A stretch of DNA of 64,000 nt from a virus (lineage: Duplodnaviria > Caudoviricetes). Numbering within the stretch: position 1 is the stretch's first letter; each line of letters begins with the position of its first letter. The translations under genes and the position numbers were made by a program. Shown here one piece after another: positions 57,189 to 64,000 of the stretch. The notes beneath the pieces are model-generated. The model saw only the letters and a program-made list of their open reading frames with translations. It was not told where the DNA came from and ran no database searches. The DNA lies in IMG/VR virus record IMGVR_UViG_3300042013_000103; one strand, 5' to 3'.

Positions 57189-58898
57189 TTACGCCTCGGC
57201 AGGTGCTTCGTGGTGACCGACGAACGCTTCCAGCACGGCGATGTGTGCTTTCACGGTGTTGAACAGGTAGCCCAGGAACGGACGGTTCTGTGCAATGCCG
57301 TGTTTGGCGATCGACTGGTACAGGTTGCCCATGGCGGTGACGTCTTCGTTGCTGCGCAGGAAGCCTTCGATTTTCAGACCGGTGCCCATGGTCGACATGC
57401 CTTTGGCCAGCGCCTTGTACTTCTCGCGGCCTTGCTGGTTTTCGATCACACCGTCCACGATTTCACGCAGGGCTTTCACCATGCCTTTCATTTCAGCTGG
57501 GTTCGGCACGTCCACGACGAACTCGCCTTGTTCCTGAGCCGACGCACCGTCGATACGGCTGAAGTCGATGTTCAAGGCTTTGCCGCCTTGTTGCAACATC
57601 GCCACGGTGTCGTCACCCGCTTCGGCGTTCTCGTTGATGCCCACGAACAACGCGTAGTCACCCGGCAGGATCGCGGAACGGTAGACCAGGTCGTAGTCGC
57701 TCATGGCCGAGGAGGCTTGGGCGTCTGGAATCGGTTTGGCCGTTTTGAACGTACCCGACACGTTGGCTTTCAACGCTTGGGCCAGTTTGGTCTGGAAGCT
57801 GGTGTTGTCACCGGCCTTGGCAGAAGCCATGATGTCGGTCAGCGTTTTTTGGAAGCTGCCCGGCCAGGTCACCAACAGTTCGGTGGCCACTTCTTTCAGG
57901 TTCTTCAGGCCTTGGGTGTTCTTCGCCGAGAACTCGCCGCCAATGGTCAGACGCGCTGCACCTTTGATGGCGATCTTGTCCTTGTTGGCTTTGCCCACGG
58001 TACCGGCTTTGGCATCCAGTGCGTCCAGGCGCTCTTTCAGCTTGCCGGCGTCTTGGGTGAAGGCTGCCCAGGCGTCGAGGATCAGCTGGATCAGTTTGGC
58101 CAAGGCTTCTTTGGCCACGGCGCCCACTTGGGCAGCACCTTTCTGCAGGTTTTCCAGCAGTTCGTTGGAGACCACGATGCGGTCCACCGGCGAAGCGAAG
58201 CCTTCGTTGGACGGCACGGTCGGGGCGTGTTTCTGACCGAACAGGTCCATCGAGAACGCTTCCAGGCCGATGCGAATGGTTTCAGCGGTTTCTGCCGAGA
58301 TGAAACCTTTGTCCGCAATGGCCTTGCCCACGACCGCTTGGTAACGTTCCAGTGCAGCTGCTACGGATTCGAAACGTTCCAGGTCGTCGGCCACGCCGTC
58401 GGATTCTTCGAGGAACTCGTCGGAGCGAGCGCCAATGCCGGAGTCGGTGATGGCGTCCACCGCCGCATCGATGTCTTCCGGCGCAGTATCGGCTTCCACG
58501 GTTTGCGACGGGATGGTCGATTCGCCTTCGTTCTCGACGATGTTCTCGGTCGCCGGTTTGGCTGGGTCGATGGCGTCTTTGACCACCACGGTGTCGGCCA
58601 CGCCGGCCACGGCACCTTCCACGTCGCCTTGGTCCACGCCGTCTTGCGGCAGGACGCTCGGTTTGGCCGGTTCTTGAGGAGCCAGTTCTGCGTTGCCTTC
58701 ACCGTTGTTCTTTGGACCGAGTTCGGTGGTGGTGCCCGCTGGGCTGGCGGTTACACCGGCGTCAGCGCCGACCACGGCTTGGATTTCGTCTTCCACGGTG
58801 GTTTCGTTTTTCAGGTTGGCAGCAACGTCACCGGTCGGGGCAGCATTGGTGCCCAGGTTTTCCAACGCGGCAATCAGTTTGGTAGAGTTAAAGCGCAT
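57189..58898 (-). CDS. internal head protein with a long acidic propeptide (phiKZ gp162/gp163 family)
   Basis: ALE at residues 11-13, GLEAF, SNEGF; SAILPGDY; paralogue of 56016..57185. Confidence 0.75.
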   Translation of the reverse strand: MRFNSTKLIAALENLGTNAAPTGDVAANLKNETTVEDEIQAVVGADAGVTASPAGTTTELGPKNNGEGNAELAPQEPAKPSVLPQDGVDQGDVEGAVAGVADTVVVKDAIDPAKPATENIVENEGESTIPSQTVEADTAPEDIDAAVDAITDSGIGARSDEFLEESDGVADDLERFESVAAALERYQAVVGKAIADKGFISAETAETIRIGLEAFSMDLFGQKHAPTVPSNEGFASPVDRIVVSNELLENLQKGAAQVGAVAKEALAKLIQLILDAWAAFTQDAGKLKERLDALDAKAGTVGKANKDKIAIKGAARLTIGGEFSAKNTQGLKNLKEVATELLVTWPGSFQKTLTDIMASAKAGDNTSFQTKLAQALKANVSGTFKTAKPIPDAQASSAMSDYDLVYRSAILPGDYALFVGINENAEAGDDTVAMLQQGGKALNIDFSRIDGASAQEQGEFVVDVPNPAEMKGMVKALREIVDGVIENQQGREKYKALAKGMSTMGTGLKIEGFLRSNEDVTAMGNLYQSIAKHGIAQNRPFLGYLFNTVKAHIAVLEAFVGHHEAPAEA

Positions 58899-58939
58899 GG
58901 GGTAGCTCCATTGGGTCTAAAGGAAACACATAGGGTTAT

Positions 58940-59554
58940 TTACGGAATCAATCCGTGGTCTTTGATGATTTTGGTCAGGATGATGTTCTGCTGAACCGCA
59001 GTGTCCCGTTGCCGGGTCATCTCCAATAACCGTGCATGATCGGTGGTGCGGTTGGTAATCAACGCTTCCCGGGCCGCTTCCATCGTGGCGTATTCAGTGG
59101 GGGTTAAGGTCGTGCTCAATGGCACCACCCCAAGGTTAATCGTGGGGATAACCCCCAACACATCAGAAATGACCGTGGCCACCTGTTGCTTCATGAACGT
59201 CAAGTCGGTGAAGGTCGACAAGGGCCCACACGATGCCGAGATGATCACGTGCTGGAGCGGGTACGACGACAGGTCCGGAGGGGACAGGACGTAACTGGTG
59301 GGCACGTACAGCGGCGCCAGCGTGTCGGACATCAGCGTGAGGATGACTTGCCCGGACGCCCGGTCGGCGGAAAAGACGGACTCGGGAATCTGGAACGGTT
59401 TGTAACACAGCTCGTAAACGTCCACCCCTTGGTTTTCGAGGTCATTGAAGAACCGCGCCGCCCCACAGGTGTACAGCACACCTACCTGGGTCGTAAAGGG
59501 CGCTTTGAGCTGCCACCTCCCTTTGGTCCCAATCGGTGGAATCATGAGTGCCAT
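58940..59554 (-). CDS. conserved phiKZ-like hypothetical/virion protein
   Basis: 204 aa; PPIG..G.W.LKAPF start; synteny. Confidence 0.65.
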   Translation of the reverse strand: MALMIPPIGTKGRWQLKAPFTTQVGVLYTCGAARFFNDLENQGVDVYELCYKPFQIPESVFSADRASGQVILTLMSDTLAPLYVPTSYVLSPPDLSSYPLQHVIISASCGPLSTFTDLTFMKQQVATVISDVLGVIPTINLGVVPLSTTLTPTEYATMEAAREALITNRTTDHARLLEMTRQRDTAVQQNIILTKIIKDHGLIP

Positions 59555-59612
59555 AAAGAATACTCGTTACGGGAAAGTTAGAATGTTCATGAGATTGGGC
59601 ACAATAGTCGTT

Positions 59613-60098
59613 TTAATGCAACGGCAAAAACTTACCGTACGCAAACCAAATCGACGAGTCCACGCGACGAATCCAAAAATTGGGGGTTACCGTCCCACCG
59701 GCGTACTCGATGGAGTTAATCGACAACCACACGTCCGCCGCCGTCATGTTCAAACCGCGTTTCACGTTGATCCAGTCAATCAAGTCCTTGGACGTGGTTT
59801 TGTTCTGCATCGCAATGATGTCGGCCGGTGACGGCACCCACGGGGCCAGCAACTCGGTAAGGGAAAACCGGTCATAAAAGAATTCGTAACGGAGCTCCGG
59901 GTTACGGTCCTTTTCTATTAATAGTCGGGTGCGCCACGGACGGGGGGCAGTGGCGGCCGGTTGCACCGAAAGGATCCGGGAGTTCTCCAAGGTCAGCCCC
60001 AAGGCCGGGTGTTCTCGCGTCAAGGCCAGGTACAGTCCGGTTAAAGGGTTTGCCCCCGTGGGGTTCTCAGCGAGCAACAGTGTAAATGTTCTGGACAT
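59613..60098 (-). CDS. hypothetical protein
   Basis: 161 aa; GGAGG SD. Confidence 0.7.
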   Translation of the reverse strand: MSRTFTLLLAENPTGANPLTGLYLALTREHPALGLTLENSRILSVQPAATAPRPWRTRLLIEKDRNPELRYEFFYDRFSLTELLAPWVPSPADIIAMQNKTTSKDLIDWINVKRGLNMTAADVWLSINSIEYAGGTVTPNFWIRRVDSSIWFAYGKFLPLH

Positions 60099-60115
60099 GG
60101 TACCTCCCTCAACAA

Positions 60116-60135
60116 TGGGGGTTCGAAAACCCCCA
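60116..60135 (-). terminator. hairpin (UUCG loop)
   Basis: TGGGGGTT-TTCG-AACCCCCA. Confidence 0.6.
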
Positions 60136-60141
60136 CTGGAT

Positions 60142-61458
60142 TTAAATCAACGCTTCCACGGAGTGTTTGGTGACCACCATGTAGTTGACGTTCTTGAAGA
60201 ACGCCGTGGCGTAGATCACCCCGTTGCGGACCATGCGCGCAATGCCGACCGGCACCGAGCTGTAACGGTCCATGGTTTCTGCGATCACAATCAGGCGAGA
60301 GAACAGGGCGTACCATTCACGGGTCACCGGGTCCATGCGGTTGAAGTCATCCGAATCGTTGGTGACCAACATGTAGTCCGGGAACTTCTGCGAGAACTGG
60401 GTGATCCCTTCCCGGTTCTGTGGGTTGCCCACCGACGCGAACGCCAGCGATTTGTAAATGTTGGACGCGAGCTCGTACTTGGCCTCGATCCACACCGGGG
60501 AATACCCTGGGCCGTTCACCGCGGCTTTCACCAACGGCAACAACAACCGGGGGTCCATGATCGGACTGTAGATCCCGGCGCGGAAGTCCCGCTGCGGGGC
60601 AGAGTACTGGTGCCAGAACGGGGTGAAGATAAACTCCGTGGTCAGAAACAGGTCGGGGAGGATAACTTCCCAGTCCTCCCGCACGTGGGTGCTGCCCGCG
60701 ATCAGTTCTTTGGCGATCTCGTCCTTGATGATGTCGGGGTTGTTGCCCGCTTGGCCGTAGATCAACGCGATCCAGTACGCCGGCTCAGTGAACGTGGCGT
60801 CCTGGGGGTTGTGGTAATCGAAACGGAAGGCCTGTTGGAAGGTGTACGGGTACTGGGCCCGTTTGGCTTGCACCTCTTCCAGCTTCTCCACCATGTCGTA
60901 CGCACGCAGCGACTCACGCACCGCCAGCGGGTCTTTGAAGAAGTCGTTGAACGGGATGATCGGGTGCACGATCTCGATGAAGTACTCGTCGTACTGTGCC
61001 GCGAAGCTTTCGTCCACCAGCCACAGGTTGACCCGGTTGAGTTCGGCCGCGGTGGGGTTGTTGAACACCAACTCGACCCACTCCGGCATTTTGTGGTTGC
61101 CGTCGTCGAGGATCGCACCGCTGTCGAACGAGGTCAGCACATCGGCGAACTCGGCCATCACCATCTGGCGCAACACCGCCGGATCGTTGGTGATGGTGCC
61201 CGCCACGGCCTGTGCGTAAATGTACTGGCCCACCTTTAGGCACCAGTCCGAGTACAAACCCTTCACAGAGACCGCCACTTCATCCCTAACACTATGGAAC
61301 GCGATTAGGATTGTGTCTGGGGTTGACTGACCAGAATAGTACGTTTTGTCTTTTGCATAGGTCTTGGAGTTGTCACTCAACTCCCCGAACTTGGCGACCT
61401 GGTCCGGAGCGTTGTTCACCAGCGTTGGGAAGCTATAAAAGCCTTTCAAATTGTACAT
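60142..61458 (-). CDS. virion structural protein, phiKZ gp157-like
   Basis: Start revised to ATG 61458 (GAGGA SD); MYNLKGF..; FGELS..TY motif; synteny. Confidence 0.7.
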   Translation of the reverse strand: MYNLKGFYSFPTLVNNAPDQVAKFGELSDNSKTYAKDKTYYSGQSTPDTILIAFHSVRDEVAVSVKGLYSDWCLKVGQYIYAQAVAGTITNDPAVLRQMVMAEFADVLTSFDSGAILDDGNHKMPEWVELVFNNPTAAELNRVNLWLVDESFAAQYDEYFIEIVHPIIPFNDFFKDPLAVRESLRAYDMVEKLEEVQAKRAQYPYTFQQAFRFDYHNPQDATFTEPAYWIALIYGQAGNNPDIIKDEIAKELIAGSTHVREDWEVILPDLFLTTEFIFTPFWHQYSAPQRDFRAGIYSPIMDPRLLLPLVKAAVNGPGYSPVWIEAKYELASNIYKSLAFASVGNPQNREGITQFSQKFPDYMLVTNDSDDFNRMDPVTREWYALFSRLIVIAETMDRYSSVPVGIARMVRNGVIYATAFFKNVNYMVVTKHSVEALI

Positions 61459-61654
61459 GTTGCGTTCCTCATAAGTAGCACGCGATGGTGTTCCATCTAT
61501 AAAATCAAGCACACTACTTGTGGTTAATATAAAGTCACAGTATAGTGATCTCTCCTATGAGGCGATCATGGGTTTGTTGTCTGCCACATTGGTACGCTCA
61601 CAAGGCTTGCTGTTTAGTGGGTAGGCATAGTTTCCTAACTGAATCGAGGTTAAC

Positions 61655-61915
61655 ATGTTCAGTTTGACTATGAAAGCCATCTTCTTAATTTGGCCTTGGC
61701 TTAAACGGGCGATCTTTGGTGATCGGACCGTGCGAGAAGTCGTATGGGAAAACAAACACTTGACGGTCATGGGTGGATTGGTTCTCGTTATGCTGTGGTT
61801 GTTCCTTGCGTTGTTTACGGAGCATTTGGCCCTCAAGGCCGAAGTAGTAGTTCTCCGCCACCAATGCGTTGCCGTCCAGCAGCTGGCGAAGCTCCCACCC
61901 GTCCACGGCGAGTGA
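61655..61915 (+). CDS. small membrane protein
   Basis: TM segment LTVMGGLVLVMLWLFLALF plus a coiled-coil tail; precedes RNase H. Confidence 0.6.
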   Translation: MFSLTMKAIFLIWPWLKRAIFGDRTVREVVWENKHLTVMGGLVLVMLWLFLALFTEHLALKAEVVVLRHQCVAVQQLAKLPPVHGE

Positions 61916-62022
61916 GGTGAACCCTGCGGTACACACTTAACATAACACGCTACAGGTTTCTTTATACTCCACTAGCTAATTATCTAGTCAGTATTGGGTA
62001 AAAACTTTTGGGGATGAGAATT

Positions 62023-63492
62023 ATGGCCGACGGGATCGTACTGTACACTGACGGTAGCTTCCGTCAGAACAAGGCGGGTTGGGGCGTCCACGGTTACACC
62101 TACACGGACGTGTCCATGAAGACGCGGTTGCCACAGAAGCAGCAGCCCACCTCGAGTGGGTACAAAGACGTGCCTGCCGACGAAACGTGCACGGTGATCA
62201 ACTACATCGACGCTTACGGCGCGGTGCTGGACTCACCCACCAACAACACCGCAGAACTGTCAGCTGTGATCAACGGGTTTGAAATCGCTCAGAAGAGTGA
62301 AGCCAAGGCCTTGACATTTCTGATGGATTCTGAATATGTCCGTAAAGGACTGACGGGGTACGTTCAAAAATGGATCAAGAACGGTTGGATCAAGGCGGAC
62401 GGTAACCCTGTAGCGAACAGAGGGTATTGGGAAAAGTTACTGGGCCTGAAGAACCAATGGACCGATTCCAATCGGCCACTGGAGCTGCAATGGGTCAAAG
62501 GCCACTCCGGCGATTTAGGTAACGACAAAGCAGACGAAAACTCCGTCTTGGGTGGCGGCACGAAAACAGCGGTGCCCAAGGAAGTGCAGTTGGAGGCTGA
62601 CAGCGTCGAGAAACTCAAGAAGACACCAGTGCACCCACTGATGTTGGAGAGTCGGTTGATGTTCTCGGTCACCCAGGGGCCTACATTTGACGGTTACTAT
62701 CACATGTACAACCTCGGCCGGTCGCACAACTACGGCAGCAAGCCACGGGATACAAAAGTCGACAAGTTGATGAAGGCTGACTTGTTGCATGGGCGTCGCA
62801 TCTCGGATGCCACGTTCGGTGTGTTTAAACCTTTGGCTGCGGAACCTTATCTGGAAGACGTCATTGCGTTACACAACAGCACGTACGCTTCGGAACTCGA
62901 TCAGTTGGGGATTCTCAACTTATCCACTGTGTACAACAAGAATGTGCGACAGAAGATCGAGACCATGGGGTTGGACGCTTTGCAGCGTTTCGACGAAATC
63001 AAAGTGCTGGCAACTCCAGATTTTACGCTCGTTAGTCGGACTCTCGACCCACCACGGCTTGCCCACGAGGCGTTAAGTACCTTCGGGATACTGCGTCGAC
63101 AGTTGGATGAGTTTATGAGTGGGGAAACCGGAGAGTCGGTGGATGTTTTAGATGTTACCGACAGTTTCTTTGAAACGGTTACTGAAGGTAAGAAAACAAT
63201 CTCCCGTTTGCTCAAAACCATCACCAGCAGCACCGCGGCCATCGAAATCCCTGTCGTGCACAAAGGACACGATCTCAAACTGCGTTTGGTTCTGAGTATC
63301 GACATCCCAACACGGAATCAGTTGGCACGCATCGGAACGGCCGGCAACAAGGTGACACTGTTGGTGACTGCAACGGGTCCAATCGCATACTCGTACTCGA
63401 TTGTGTTTACGTCGGATGATGGTTCTGCCATCTACGCTTCACCGTACACACAATTCATCCTACCGAAGAAGCAGGTATCCCATGAAGATTAA
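62023..63492 (+). CDS. rnhA: ribonuclease HI with C-terminal extension, phiKZ gp155-like
   Basis: YTDGS, TNNTAEL, MDSEY, WVKGHSG, GNDKAD catalytic motifs. Confidence 0.93.
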   Translation: MADGIVLYTDGSFRQNKAGWGVHGYTYTDVSMKTRLPQKQQPTSSGYKDVPADETCTVINYIDAYGAVLDSPTNNTAELSAVINGFEIAQKSEAKALTFLMDSEYVRKGLTGYVQKWIKNGWIKADGNPVANRGYWEKLLGLKNQWTDSNRPLELQWVKGHSGDLGNDKADENSVLGGGTKTAVPKEVQLEADSVEKLKKTPVHPLMLESRLMFSVTQGPTFDGYYHMYNLGRSHNYGSKPRDTKVDKLMKADLLHGRRISDATFGVFKPLAAEPYLEDVIALHNSTYASELDQLGILNLSTVYNKNVRQKIETMGLDALQRFDEIKVLATPDFTLVSRTLDPPRLAHEALSTFGILRRQLDEFMSGETGESVDVLDVTDSFFETVTEGKKTISRLLKTITSSTAAIEIPVVHKGHDLKLRLVLSIDIPTRNQLARIGTAGNKVTLLVTATGPIAYSYSIVFTSDDGSAIYASPYTQFILPKKQVSHED

Positions 63493-63880
63493 GTCCATTT
63501 TATTGGCTCCTTTCTCTCGACTCTGGACATACGTCTGGACGAAAGTGGATGCGGAGTTCAAAAGGATGTGCGTCATGGCTGTCCTTCATGCCAAATGGCG
63601 TCTGTGTTCTGAAGACGATCTGTGTGAGTTGGATCGTTTCAACTCCACGTTCAAGCTTTGCAAAGACACATCCGTCCTGCGGTTCCCCACGCTCTTTGGG
63701 GTTCATGTATGGAACTCGGTGCCCAATGAGGCCAATGTAGTTACTCCGTCGGATAAGTTCTTTCGACGGATCGAACTGCTGACGCCATGCTGGCTGAAAT
63801 ATACCGACCCGAATGCGTACATGGAAGAACTCCGTGCACTTTACACGTACTGCGCCACGGAGCGCAGCCAGGCCAGTTAA
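63482..63880 (+). CDS. hypothetical protein
   Basis: Start revised to ATG 63482, overlapping the RNase H end. Confidence 0.65.
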   Translation: MKIKSILLAPFSRLWTYVWTKVDAEFKRMCVMAVLHAKWRLCSEDDLCELDRFNSTFKLCKDTSVLRFPTLFGVHVWNSVPNEANVVTPSDKFFRRIELLTPCWLKYTDPNAYMEELRALYTYCATERSQAS

Positions 63881-63892
63881 TCGATGCAGCAT

Positions 63893-63920
63893 AAAGCCCA
63901 CTCCTTGCGGGGTGGGCTTT
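63893..63920. terminator. bidirectional terminator
   Basis: AAAGCCCACTCC/GGGGTGGGCTTT followed by TATG. Confidence 0.85.
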
Positions 63921-63927
63921 TATGGCG

Positions 63928-64000
63928 TTACAGGTCGCGCAGTTTCTGTTCGATGCTGGCCAGCACGTTGTTGGCTTCGATGACCTTGGTGGTGATCAGC
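63928..64000 (-). CDS. C-terminal fragment of a gene running off the window
   Basis: ...LITTKVIEANNVLASIEQKLRDL* with strong codon bias. Confidence 0.65.
   Translation of the reverse strand, partial: LITTKVIEANNVLASIEQKLRDL

Noticed and set aside
56514-58994. 826-aa plus-strand ORF (likewise 41603..43489, 32796..34610, 44281..45990, 23962..25176, 59929..61239)
   Set aside because: Antisense shadows of strongly codon-biased real genes; V/H/G/Q-rich composition, no motifs, no SD

Overview
A 64-kb segment of a phiKZ-like jumbo phage (probably Chimalliviridae). The assignment rests on the conserved core gene order and is inferred, because no chimallin gene lies in this window. The core runs gp182-like protein, gp181-like tape measure with a lytic transglycosylase domain, virion RNA polymerase beta' (gp180-like) and beta (gp178-like), gp177/gp176-like proteins, gp175-like prohead protease, gp174-like protein, SbcC/Rad50 ATPase, central spike plus PAAR, two head-protein paralogues, and RNase H. 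The left ~28 kb is a mostly minus-strand accessory region behind phiKZ-type early promoters (ACTATATYAC). It holds an NAD-dependent ligase, dCTP deaminase, thymidylate kinase, a SLOG/DprA-like protein, a DEDDh exonuclease, an AAA ATPase and many small ORFs. Top hits: (1) a tandem array of eight divergent ~70-codon microproteins sharing an N-terminal RKK motif, with the last unit fused in frame to the AAA ATPase; (2) a Tad1-like signal sponge with a head-protein-type propeptide in a late operon; (3) an unannotated 54-aa orphan resembling the toxin-binding half of TacA/DUF1778 antitoxins; (4) a C-terminal [KR]PAYMxW motif shared by the virion helicase and the prohead protease; (5) a major-capsid-like domain in an accessory gene; (6) a hidden ORF with an ATAG start/stop overlap. 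All homology calls are from remembered motifs and synteny; no database search was run. No tRNA, CRISPR array, intron or intein was recognised.
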